Shown in pieces: positions 56,424 through 64,000 of a stretch of 64,000 nucleotides of DNA. The DNA is taken from the IMG/VR virus record IMGVR_UViG_3300032268_000293, positions 15,832 to 79,831 of that record. One strand, 5' to 3'. A model generated the notes under the pieces. The model did no database searches. It saw nothing but the letters and a program-made list of their open reading frames with translations, and was not told the DNA's origin. This DNA is from a virus. How positions within the stretch are numbered: the stretch's first letter is position 1; the number at the start of each line of letters is the position of its first letter. The translations under genes were made by a program, and so were the position numbers.

Positions 56424-56771
56424 TTAGCCATAAGTCAATGCCATAAAGTTTGTGTCCTCTGGCATCATTTCCATCGACACACCTTCAACACCAGTCAACT
56501 CTTCATGAAAATTCGCATAGATACCATGCGTGTAGCCAGTCATACCATACATTGCTTTGTGACAGCGATAGACACTGCCAGAAGAACCATGGAACAGATA
56601 GCACTGACCATCTTCCTCAATGCGTGTACAACCAGAGTTTAGTTTCCACGATTGACCATAAAGATAACTACCAGCCCAGCTGGCAAGAATCTTGTAAGTT
56701 GTTTGATCTTTGCTCTCAAACTTGAGCATTACCCACCTATCAGGATTGTATTCAGACATCGTCATCCTCAC
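56424..56771 (-). CDS. conserved phage protein
   Basis: YNPDRWV...W.GSYL.G.SWKLNSG...GSSGSVYRC. Confidence 0.75.
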   Translation of the reverse strand: MRMTMSEYNPDRWVMLKFESKDQTTYKILASWAGSYLYGQSWKLNSGCTRIEEDGQCYLFHGSSGSVYRCHKAMYGMTGYTHGIYANFHEELTGVEGVSMEMMPEDTNFMALTYG

Positions 56772-57330
56772 TCATATATTTTGCTTGCCTTGCTTGATAC
56801 TCTGCTTCATGCTTATTACACAGAGTGCGAATCCATCCACCATGACGAATCGTACCACGATCGCCACAAGTCTCACAGGTTACAGATGCCCATGACTCAG
56901 CCATACGAACCATACCAGAAATATGCTCATCCCCACCATGATAGTAGAAACGCAGTCCACCAAACTTTTCTTTGACTTGGTCAGCAACTGTCCAGTGAAC
57001 CTTGTCAGTGATATTATGTCCATTCTCCATAATTTCCTGAGCACGTTCTTCATGCCACTCTCGGGCAGGGCGACCAAGTGTCAAATGTTTCATTAGGGCA
57101 TCGTATCCTTTTTGGCGAGCACGTACAATGCGCAAGTCATTAGCACGCATATTACGTCGCCATTTGGTATAGGAATCAATATTTCCGCAGAGAGATTCCA
57201 GAATGTCAAACCATCCATCACCACACTCAAATCCCCAGCACATAGCAGTCTCGGTCATCGGAGCATAGCGATTCCGAAATATGCGAGGGTACTTCTCTAC
57301 AAGTTGCTTATCCAGTTCTTCTTTCATCAC
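56752..57330 (-). CDS. conserved phage protein
   Basis: ECGDGW...QVKEKFGGLRFY...CETCG...GWIRTLC. Confidence 0.8.
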   Translation of the reverse strand: MMKEELDKQLVEKYPRIFRNRYAPMTETAMCWGFECGDGWFDILESLCGNIDSYTKWRRNMRANDLRIVRARQKGYDALMKHLTLGRPAREWHEERAQEIMENGHNITDKVHWTVADQVKEKFGGLRFYYHGGDEHISGMVRMAESWASVTCETCGDRGTIRHGGWIRTLCNKHEAEYQARQAKYMSEDDDV

Positions 57331-57851
57331 GCCACCTTCCAGTAGTCATTCTCTTTATACTCAATGTTCTCAGAGCCATCATACTCATGGATCTTAAACA
57401 TAGTTCCCTGAGGAATCCACTCTACAACCAAATCATCTACCCCACCGCAATAACATTCGGGATACGTCTTGCGACAGTAATCCATAATATTATTGACCCA
57501 GTCCATACGACGAGAATCCTCAGAATCCAACTTATTCATCTCTTCTACCATATAGACAATAGACGGATCAAATAATAGGGCATCGCCTCCCTCGCGAATC
57601 GAATTCCAAGTACTCCATCCAGCACCGAATCCTGGAGAATACAACACAGCCACTCGACCATCGCGAATGGCTTTCTTCATACCATTATCCATTACAATAT
57701 CCATACCATTCCTCTTTGCATTAAATTCTAGAAACTCAACATCATCCAAGGGCACGACTCTGAAATCGCCATTCGCCAAAGTTTCAATCTTATTGTTCAT
57801 CTCTCCACTCCTACTATTAGCCATTGCTTTTTTACTTTGAAAACCTGTCAT
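57327..57851 (-). CDS. conserved phage protein
   Basis: VAVLYSPGFGAGWSTWN...EYDGSE. Confidence 0.75.
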   Translation of the reverse strand: MTGFQSKKAMANSRSGEMNNKIETLANGDFRVVPLDDVEFLEFNAKRNGMDIVMDNGMKKAIRDGRVAVLYSPGFGAGWSTWNSIREGGDALLFDPSIVYMVEEMNKLDSEDSRRMDWVNNIMDYCRKTYPECYCGGVDDLVVEWIPQGTMFKIHEYDGSENIEYKENDYWKVA

Positions 57852-58195
57852 CTCGAAATCCTTAACTCTGCTTCAGGTGTTTCCCTGCAAGCATTACAAT
57901 AATTATACACAAAATCCACCAATCCATCATAAGAACCCCAACCATTGCCAGGATTAAACTTCCTGTATTTGTCAGGATTGGATGTAAGTATATTCAATCC
58001 CTCATACAGTAACTCGGCAATTTCATTCGCTTTCGTGTAGGGAGGATTACATTCATCAGGTCGCCAAAGAATCTGATAGAGTGTAAGACCATTGTCTAAC
58101 TTCACTTCTGCAGCCATCTTGCCAAGGTTGTGAGTAATGTTACCCGAGTATACCTCAGTGGGTTGTTCGACCATTAGTGAAACATCAAGACTCAT
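57848..58195 (-). CDS. conserved phage protein
   Basis: MSLDV...NITHNLGKMA...NGWGSY. Confidence 0.75.
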   Translation of the reverse strand: MSLDVSLMVEQPTEVYSGNITHNLGKMAAEVKLDNGLTLYQILWRPDECNPPYTKANEIAELLYEGLNILTSNPDKYRKFNPGNGWGSYDGLVDFVYNYCNACRETPEAELRISR

Positions 58196-58229
58196 ACGTG
58201 TACTCCAATATTATACCCAATTATACTCA

Positions 58230-58258
58230 ATTATACCCCAACCATCCCTTTTTGTCAA
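58230..58258 (-). promoter_or_regulatory. early promoter
   Basis: TTGACA-N17-TATAAT, followed by two more TATAAT copies at 10-bp spacing. Confidence 0.8.
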
Positions 58259-58261
58259 ATT

Positions 58262-58437
58262 ATTTTTTTGCAGATAATTCGAGATAATTGATGACCCCCC
58301 CCCACCTTTGGTGCGAAGTTCGGAGACGGAGACAGAGATGGGTACCCACCTAGCCATAAGGGACCCGAGCCACAAAAGGGGACCCGAAAATACTAGTATT
58401 TTACAAACCCCTACCCCCCCATTCCTAAAACAAAAGT
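58262..58437. repeat. repeat-rich, C-run-rich intergenic block
   Basis: C9 run, AGATAATT x2, GGAGAC x2, GGGACCCGA x2, perfect palindrome AAAATACTAGTATTTT, CCCCTACCCCCCC. Confidence 0.7.
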
Positions 58438-58438
58438 T

Positions 58439-58696
58439 TTACATTCGGCTCAGCAGTTCTGTCACCTCATCACTCACTTCTGTCTCAGCATCCAGTTCAG
58501 CAGCAATCACTAGTGATTCAAGCACCTCTACAATTTTGCGAGTGTTTTCTTGTAGCTTCTCTTTCCACTCAGTGTACTCATCGTAGCCATCAATCTGCCA
58601 CATGGTATCCAGTAGTTGGACTTGGTACTCAGTAAGACCATCTATGCTAATCACTCGCTCATTATTGTTCATCATGTTCTCCATATGTATCATCAA
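58439..58696 (-). CDS. hypothetical protein
   Basis: IDGLTEYQV.LLD.MW motif. Confidence 0.6.
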   Translation of the reverse strand: MMIHMENMMNNNERVISIDGLTEYQVQLLDTMWQIDGYDEYTEWKEKLQENTRKIVEVLESLVIAAELDAETEVSDEVTELLSRM

Positions 58697-58816
58697 ACAA
58701 CATCATGACATGCTCATCAGCAATCATGATCTCTTCATCAATCACCATTGTCCTGACATTCAGATCCAACAGGGCACACACATCAGTGAGGCTCATAGTA
58801 GTACCCCCCCCCCCAC

Positions 58817-59023
58817 CTAGCGATTAATCTGTATATCGAACGAGTGCTTGCGCATCTTGTTGTCATACAGAGTCATTCTCGAAACGATCCCTGTTGCATT
58901 GAACATGTTGCTGTACAGTTGGAAAATCGCTTCATTCATGTTGCTGTTGTCACCAACTGAGCGACGCTTGATGCGAGACTCGGTTGTATAGAAAGAAACA
59001 CCATTCACAATTACTCTCATCAT
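58817..59023 (-). CDS. small protein, paralogue of 63536-63751
   Basis: RVIVNGVSFYTT...VGD...DIQI. Confidence 0.7.
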   Translation of the reverse strand: MMRVIVNGVSFYTTESRIKRRSVGDNSNMNEAIFQLYSNMFNATGIVSRMTLYDNKMRKHSFDIQINR

Positions 59024-59036
59024 TTTACTTCTCCTA

Positions 59037-59966
59037 TTAAGCAGTCAACATGTAGGTAGCGAGGTCTTTCCACTCTTTGTTGGAAGCACGAACCTTGCTC
59101 ACAGAGATCAGAGTGCGGAGGGATATCTCCTTGCACTCATCTTTGATTTCTTTGATCAACTCGATCGCATCGTTAACGATGGTCTTGTCATACTCAGGGA
59201 GAAACTCATCAGAAGCAGCGATGGTGGCCATGCGTTCGATTTTCTGGTCAACGTTCATGGACAGATCGATCATCATCGAGCGACTACGGATCGCTTGATC
59301 GATCTTGCCATCATCGAGGTTCGAGATGAAGATCACACGACCTTCGAAGTTGAACGAACGAGGCAGGTCGTCATCACGCATGTCAGAGTTCCAAGAGATG
59401 ATGCGCTTGCCGTAGCTGTCAAGAGCAGACTTGAGGATGTTCAGTGCAACTGGATCTTTTAGAACAGCGTCACAGTCATCGAACACAACGATGCCTTTGT
59501 TGTTCTCGAAGAGAGTACGATAGAGACCTTTGGGTGTTGAGTAACCCTTGACCATACGGAAGCACTTACGCATGTTCAGGATTGAGCCAGCTTGGAATTC
59601 AGCCAAGTCAGAGATATCTTTGAAACCCTTGGACTCGAGAGTCTTGGTCACAGTGTAGGTCTTACCCAAACCACCTTCGCCAGTGATAATCGCAGAGGGC
59701 TGTACACCATCAGCAACCATGGAGACCAACTGCTCAACAAATTCGAATCGCTTGTTGATACCGAATTTGTCAGACTTCGGCTCAAGAGCAGTGGTACCAA
59801 CGATCTGAGCAAAGTTCATTTTGGTGCCAGTGATCTTCTTATAGTGATACTCAACCACGTGCTCGAGATCAGTACCTGTTTTACCAGTCGAGACAATCTT
59901 ATCGCCAAGACGGATTTCAGATTTGCCGTTACGGAGGGTTTTTACAGAGACTTTCAGAGCATTCAT
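59037..59966 (-). CDS. AAA+/P-loop ATPase
   Basis: GEGGLGKT, VFDDCD, FISN, AIRSRS. Confidence 0.88.
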   Translation of the reverse strand: MNALKVSVKTLRNGKSEIRLGDKIVSTGKTGTDLEHVVEYHYKKITGTKMNFAQIVGTTALEPKSDKFGINKRFEFVEQLVSMVADGVQPSAIITGEGGLGKTYTVTKTLESKGFKDISDLAEFQAGSILNMRKCFRMVKGYSTPKGLYRTLFENNKGIVVFDDCDAVLKDPVALNILKSALDSYGKRIISWNSDMRDDDLPRSFNFEGRVIFISNLDDGKIDQAIRSRSMMIDLSMNVDQKIERMATIAASDEFLPEYDKTIVNDAIELIKEIKDECKEISLRTLISVSKVRASNKEWKDLATYMLTA

Positions 59967-59997
59967 TTTCATTTCCTTTTTCATATTCAATAATAGA

Positions 59998-60064
59998 ATT
60001 ATGCCTGAAATCCGAATATTCAGCAAGCACTTTCGTGCAAAACCCTACGTTGCATAGGGTTATT
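59998..60064 (-). promoter_or_regulatory. variant early promoter with upstream palindrome
   Basis: TTGCTG-AATATTCGG...-CATAAT (17-bp spacer); palindrome at about 60039-60064. Confidence 0.7.
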
Positions 60065-60092
60065 AGTGACTACAGTCTAAGTTAGTTAGTAC

Positions 60093-60431
60093 TTACTTAC
60101 TTGCTACAGTCCAGAGATCTCCAGCTGTGTCAATCTCGTAATCTACGATGCCTACTACAGCTGGGTCATGGGGTACCAGTGGATACATAGACTCGAGTTC
60201 TTCCTCAGTGGCATTCGGATGACTCTTTTGATGTGCGATAATCCATCTGCTCTTCTCAGCTGAATCACTGCCACTGTTCATAAATCGCTTAGTTGTCTGT
60301 CGCAGTTTCTCTTTGTGCTCATCTGTTAACACACGACCTTGCGTTGCGTGACTGCGAGAGCAGAATGGTCCACGTTTGCGATGTTCAACACCACACACAG
60401 GACAGTTCTTTTTTCTATAAACATTTGGCAT
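60093..60431 (-). CDS. zinc-finger / NUMOD3-like DNA-binding protein
   Basis: CPVC...FCSRSH; LTDEHKEKLR. Confidence 0.6.
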   Translation of the reverse strand: MPNVYRKKNCPVCGVEHRKRGPFCSRSHATQGRVLTDEHKEKLRQTTKRFMNSGSDSAEKSRWIIAHQKSHPNATEEELESMYPLVPHDPAVVGIVDYEIDTAGDLWTVASK

Positions 60432-60534
60432 TTTATCTTAGTTCCTTAGCGAATCTCTTAGAAAATCCATTGATGGACGCATTCGAACACACCACCATCA
60501 CTTTCTGCCCTTTACCAACACTACCAATCCAAGT

Positions 60535-60729
60535 TCACTGTATACCTTTATCCAATAGCAATTGTATCATCTTACGTTCATGCTGTAAGTCTGTAATACG
60601 CCCTCGAATGTCATGATATTCTTGGGTAAGTGTACTTTCGCCAATCATTGCATCTAAGTATTGATGTGCTGCTTTATCAGTTAGTCTGGTGATTTCTGCT
60701 TCTACTAATACTTTACGATCTTTTAACAT
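60535..60729 (-). CDS. hypothetical protein
   Basis: 64-aa helical ORF. Confidence 0.5.
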   Translation of the reverse strand: MLKDRKVLVEAEITRLTDKAAHQYLDAMIGESTLTQEYHDIRGRITDLQHERKMIQLLLDKGIQ

Positions 60730-60956
60730 TATTCTCTCTCTTCTTTAGAGTTATTCCATAGTTCAGCAATTGCAATAGGGATGATTATAATAGCAAAGTG
60801 TAGTATTTTATACGTTAGTATGATTGGACTGAGAGCAATGATAATTATACCTTTTAGCCAGAGTTTTATGTCATAGTTTATCATTGTTGTCCCCTGCCCA
60901 GATTAGTAGCCAGACTACCACTGCCACTAGGATTGTGAGTAATATTTGCCAGATGC

Positions 60957-61226
60957 TCATTCTTCGGATGGGACGTTGCCCTCGATTTCAACAACCACGT
61001 TGCCCACTTTCTCTGTTGTGCGAAGATTGTTTTTATTCACACCCTCGAGATATAGAAAGTTATAGACGGCAAGACCTTGGACTTCATCACCATAGAATAC
61101 ATTAACATCTTGTATATCCTCTGTGATGATTCGTTTGGCTAGTTGTTGTAGGTCAGAAATTGCTTGTGTTGAAAGGAAAGACTCACGACCTTCCTCGAAT
61201 GCGACTGTAAGTAGTTGTTCTGTCAT
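60957..61226 (-). CDS. hypothetical protein
   Basis: 89 aa, GGAG SD. Confidence 0.55.
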   Translation of the reverse strand: MTEQLLTVAFEEGRESFLSTQAISDLQQLAKRIITEDIQDVNVFYGDEVQGLAVYNFLYLEGVNKNNLRTTEKVGNVVVEIEGNVPSEE

Positions 61227-61229
61227 GTT

Positions 61230-61385
61230 TTACTCCCTTGTTGGACCGAAATACCATGTCTTTACTGGACCATACAACTGTTCTATTAGTTTTCTGGCTT
61301 GAAAGACGTCGTTTGCTTGTACTTTTATTTCAATGCTTGAGCCACCAATCTGCGGTACGACTGTTGCTTTATATGTAAAGTTCAC
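61230..61385 (-). CDS. small protein, tandem paralogue of 61382-61588
   Basis: Translated by hand from GTG: MNFTYKATVVPQIGGSSIEIKVQANDVFQARKLIEQLYGPVKTWYFGPTRE. Confidence 0.6.
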   Translation of the reverse strand: MNFTYKATVVPQIGGSSIEIKVQANDVFQARKLIEQLYGPVKTWYFGPTRE

Positions 61386-61588
61386 TCTGGTTCATCCTCT
61401 GGTTCTGGTTCTGCTATTGGTGTAGTATCTTCTTCGCACTTTGGAGCAGACCACCATGTGCGTAGTGGACCATAGCGATCCTTGATTTGTTGTACTGCTT
61501 CTTCAACGCTGTTAGCATGAGCAACAACTTCCTTTGCCCTTGTGCCATCCATGTCTTGTACGATTACTGCTTTGTATTTTTTGGTCAT
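61382..61588 (-). CDS. hypothetical protein
   Basis: AGGAG SD; YKA...AN...YGP..TW. Confidence 0.65.
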   Translation of the reverse strand: MTKKYKAVIVQDMDGTRAKEVVAHANSVEEAVQQIKDRYGPLRTWWSAPKCEEDTTPIAEPEPEDEPE

Positions 61589-61618
61589 ACCTATTCTCCT
61601 TTGCTGAATATGTACTAT

Positions 61619-61885
61619 TTATTCAACGCTACCTCCGAAGGCACGTATCAAAAGATTACAAGCAGCAATGTATTTGTGATTACCAACCACATCTTCAGGG
61701 TGTAGCCAGTAGCCATCAGGGTTCATTTCGTTCTTGGGATTGGCAGTCCACTGGTCCAGTTCTGACTGAAGATAGTCACGCCAGTCTTTTAGATTGGCAA
61801 CTGTAATGCTGTCTGCTGTTTCCTGAGGTATTTTAAAATCACCACTCACATTCGTACTCCTCTTCATAGGTTTCAGACATGTCAA
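61619..61885 (-). CDS. hypothetical protein
   Basis: ADSITV..LKD...WLHPEDV. Confidence 0.6.
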   Translation of the reverse strand: MTCLKPMKRSTNVSGDFKIPQETADSITVANLKDWRDYLQSELDQWTANPKNEMNPDGYWLHPEDVVGNHKYIAACNLLIRAFGGSVE

Positions 61886-62060
61886 TAATATCAGTCAAAT
61901 CCATAGCACCTCTGCGAATGTATGCCTTTCCACCATCAGTAAAAATAGCACCACACTTACATCTTACAAAGTCATGACGATGTGTACTTTCAATTATGTC
62001 TTCACATTTACGACATTGGCATTTATTCACCAACACTACCTCTCTCTTACGAATTGGCAT
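61839..62060 (-). CDS. zinc-ribbon protein
   Basis: CRKC..IIES.HRHDFV.CKCG....DGG..Y.RR. Confidence 0.75.
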   Translation of the reverse strand: MPIRKREVVLVNKCQCRKCEDIIESTHRHDFVRCKCGAIFTDGGKAYIRRGAMDLTDIIDMSETYEEEYECEW

Positions 62061-62469
62061 ATGACACTCCCATCGCTTTCATCATTTTGGATTTTACACG
62101 CAGGTTCGGCTGACGGTAGCGTTCAGTAGGTGTGAATCCCATCATCGAACCAATCTCAACAACAGCACCACTGCGACAGATACCAGCATGACAGTGTACC
62201 AACACATTCATATTGGTTTCTAATGCATGCTGTAGAAGCATCACAATTTCCTTTGCTTGGCTGTCGGTGATTTTAAAATCTTCATCAAACCCATCTTCGT
62301 CCTCGGCATCGAGAAACTCAAAACAGTAGACTTCTTTGAATGAATATTTGGTTGGACAAAACTCAGTTGCTGGATCCTGAATGCGTATAAGCATTGTGTT
62401 GGTGCCAAGATCACTGTGATGACCAAGATGTACGGCACTCATGCTTACGTTTTCAATCCAGCGTATCAT
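62047..62469 (-). CDS. dual-specificity / tyrosine phosphatase-like protein
   Basis: VHCHAGICRS (CX5R). Confidence 0.88.
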   Translation of the reverse strand: MIRWIENVSMSAVHLGHHSDLGTNTMLIRIQDPATEFCPTKYSFKEVYCFEFLDAEDEDGFDEDFKITDSQAKEIVMLLQHALETNMNVLVHCHAGICRSGAVVEIGSMMGFTPTERYRQPNLRVKSKMMKAMGVSYANS

Positions 62470-62690
62470 ACCAATTCTCTTTTATCAATCCAAATACACG
62501 TTCCATTGTACTGTGATGACCAGCTGTAGCCATCACTACCTTCGTCCTCTGGCAGTTCAGCATACTCAGCAATGTCTGCTGCTCGATCCTTACAGTTTTT
62601 CTCATCACGGAACACATCAATTAGTTCTGTATCTCCATCGACTACCATCAGTAACACATAGACAAACTCAACATTGCTTTCTGCGATCAT
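62466..62690 (-). CDS. hypothetical protein
   Basis: Start MIAESN after GAAGGAG SD. Confidence 0.6.
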   Translation of the reverse strand: MIAESNVEFVYVLLMVVDGDTELIDVFRDEKNCKDRAADIAEYAELPEDEGSDGYSWSSQYNGTCIWIDKRELV

Positions 62691-62711
62691 AACAACTCCT
62701 TCAAAAATTAG

Positions 62712-62875
62712 TGCTGGTTTTTCTTTATAGTCTGTAACCAGCAAAAATAGACTGCATCAGTTTATGACTCTTTCTTTATAGTCTCTCAGTCAAAGGACGC
62801 AACGACCTGTAGATATAGACTGCTGTTTTGGCTAGTTTAAAGTCTTGCCACGGATATCCCTCCATTAAGACTTTT
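62712..62875 (-). ncRNA. three tandem pseudoknot-like RNA modules
   Basis: AGTCT...stem...AGACT-(A/T)TAAA...stem', three times. Confidence 0.5.
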
Positions 62876-62876
62876 A

Positions 62877-63083
62877 TCATCGAATGTAAACTGAAAATTT
62901 TTCAGCGTCTCGTTTTAAACATGTCAATGCCATTACATCATACCTTGGACCACGAAACCTATAACGGAGTCCTTTAAAATTGTTTTTCAACTGTGCCTGC
63001 ACTTCTGCAAGTAAACTGATAGGAATGTTTTTGTACAGTGCTCGTTCGCCACGACACTGAAACTGTTGTAGGTTTATTCCCAT
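62877..63083 (-). CDS. hypothetical basic protein
   Basis: RYRFRGPR...CLK.DA..FSVY. Confidence 0.6.
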   Translation of the reverse strand: MGINLQQFQCRGERALYKNIPISLLAEVQAQLKNNFKGLRYRFRGPRYDVMALTCLKRDAEKFSVYIR

Positions 63084-63316
63084 GATTTCTTATCACCAAA
63101 CTGTTCGTTATATTCGTAACCCATGAAGTACGCACGCATCTCTGCGATACTCATGTCTTTGGGTTCAACTCGATCACCATTGTAACTTCCCTCAGGATAC
63201 CAATGTGGGTCTTCTGGACGACTGTAGTAACTATCAGCTGCACCACGATCAAAGGGACTACCATGAGTGCGATCAAAAGTTTGACCACGATATACAATTG
63301 TTTTATCAATAACCAT
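63074..63316 (-). CDS. conserved phage protein
   Basis: HGSPFDRGAADSYY.R..PH...AY..GY. Confidence 0.7.
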   Translation of the reverse strand: MVIDKTIVYRGQTFDRTHGSPFDRGAADSYYSRPEDPHWYPEGSYNGDRVEPKDMSIAEMRAYFMGYEYNEQFGDKKSWE

Positions 63317-63317
63317 T

Positions 63318-63533
63318 TTAATTTTCTCCATAATATTGAGCATCATCGTTTGCCACTTCATCGGCATAAGACAAGAACTCGTACTGTTTTTCAACTTCCA
63401 AATTTTCTCGTTGTTCAATCAACTGCTCAGCGAGATCAAAAGAGATACCAAAAGTTGCAACCAGATATTTGATTGACATACCTTGCTCAACGGCATCCAT
63501 AACATCAGCGTGTAAATCAGACATTTTACTCAT
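63318..63533 (-). CDS. hypothetical protein
   Basis: MSKMSDL; ends DAQYYG. Confidence 0.6.
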   Translation of the reverse strand: MSKMSDLHADVMDAVEQGMSIKYLVATFGISFDLAEQLIEQRENLEVEKQYEFLSYADEVANDDAQYYGEN

Positions 63534-63535
63534 AA

Positions 63536-63751
63536 TTATACCATTGAAATTTGAACATCATAAGAAACACGATTCATCTTGTGGTCATAGACATGCATAG
63601 TTGATGCGATGCCAATTCCATTATGTAAATTTTCAAACAACTGACGAACAACTGTATTCACACTAACAGAATCACCAACACCACGTTTGATAGCTGCACC
63701 TGTCGTATAGAAAGATACACCATTTACAATTACACGATATTTCATAATCAA
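63536..63751 (-). CDS. small protein, paralogue of 58817-59023
   Basis: RVIVNGVSFYTT...VGD...DVQI. Confidence 0.7.
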   Translation of the reverse strand: MIMKYRVIVNGVSFYTTGAAIKRGVGDSVSVNTVVRQLFENLHNGIGIASTMHVYDHKMNRVSYDVQISMV

Positions 63752-63754
63752 TCC

Positions 63755-64000
63755 TTATTTAAAAACAATCAAAGCCAACAAGATACTGTTGAAGAAGAAA
63801 CCGACTGCATTCGATACGATATACAGCGTATCTTTTTGCACGATTGCTCTAAACAAAAACAGCATCAAACCAGACCAAACAAGAATCACCATGCTAACAG
63901 GTGGAACATTGCTTGAATAACCTAAAATCACTCCAAGAGTCGTTGGGAGAGTAGCACCATGAATCAGTACCATTCCTAACCAACCACTAAGAGCACCAAA
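63755..64000 (-). CDS. small multi-TM membrane protein (SemiSWEET/PQ-loop-like?), 5' end outside the window
   Basis: Frame is open to the window edge (FGALSGWLGMVLIHGATLP...); three hydrophobic helices. Confidence 0.6.
   Translation of the reverse strand, partial: FGALSGWLGMVLIHGATLPTTLGVILGYSSNVPPVSMVILVWSGLMLFLFRAIVQKDTLYIVSNAVGFFFNSILLALIVFK

Noticed and set aside
60079-60102. AAGTTAGTTAGT-ACTTACTTACTT imperfect palindrome
   Set aside because: Short low-complexity tetranucleotide repeats overlapping a stop codon; single occurrence.
62712-62875. Mini-CRISPR array, preQ1 riboswitch or pistol ribozyme
   Set aside because: Repeats are too short and irregular for CRISPR, and I could not find the conserved ligand-binding or catalytic nucleotides of those RNAs.
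1-64000. tRNA genes or stop-codon reassignment
   Set aside because: No cloverleaf or T-loop signature noticed in intergenic gaps; core genes translate full length in the standard bacterial code.

Overview
A 64 kb segment of a large T4-like myovirus genome. All credible genes lie on the minus strand. Sigma70-type early promoters, spanins and lipoproteins point to a Gram-negative host; a freshwater betaproteobacterial host is only a guess. From right to left (the direction of transcription) the window contains: (i) 49-64 kb, a variable early region of small ORFs with many TTGACA-N17-TATAAT promoters, a MoxR/CobS AAA+ and vWA pair, a Gp88-like protein, an AAA ATPase and a Cys-dependent phosphatase; (ii) 35.8-48.6 kb, the replication module (gp45, gp44, gp62, regA, hsp20, dexA, gp43, uvsX, gp41); (iii) 32-35.8 kb, a TET/JBP dioxygenase plus GT-B glycosyltransferase DNA-modification module, in which both enzymes end in the same (L/I)DEFF tail as the DNA polymerase, a probable sliding-clamp docking motif; (iv) 16.7-31.3 kb, late genes including several proteins with T4-like capsid-targeting N-termini (an RNA-ligase-like protein, a 1069-aa nucleotidyltransferase polyprotein and charged internal-protein-like ORFs), Dps and an embedded Rz/Rz1 spanin pair; (v) 0-16.7 kb, primase, thyX, nrdAB, erpA, a fatty-acid desaturase, envelope lipoproteins, RNase H and dCMP deaminase. 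Features missed by the ORF track include an ArfA-like small protein, an entericidin-like lipoprotein, a rubredoxin-like protein, a repeated promoter-plus-palindrome cassette, a multi-hairpin leader upstream of hsp20, three tandem H-type pseudoknot-like modules, a poly-C/repeat-rich intergenic block and an apparent total absence of CCGG. I saw no tRNA, rRNA, CRISPR array, intron or intein. All calls come from reading motifs by eye, with no database searches.
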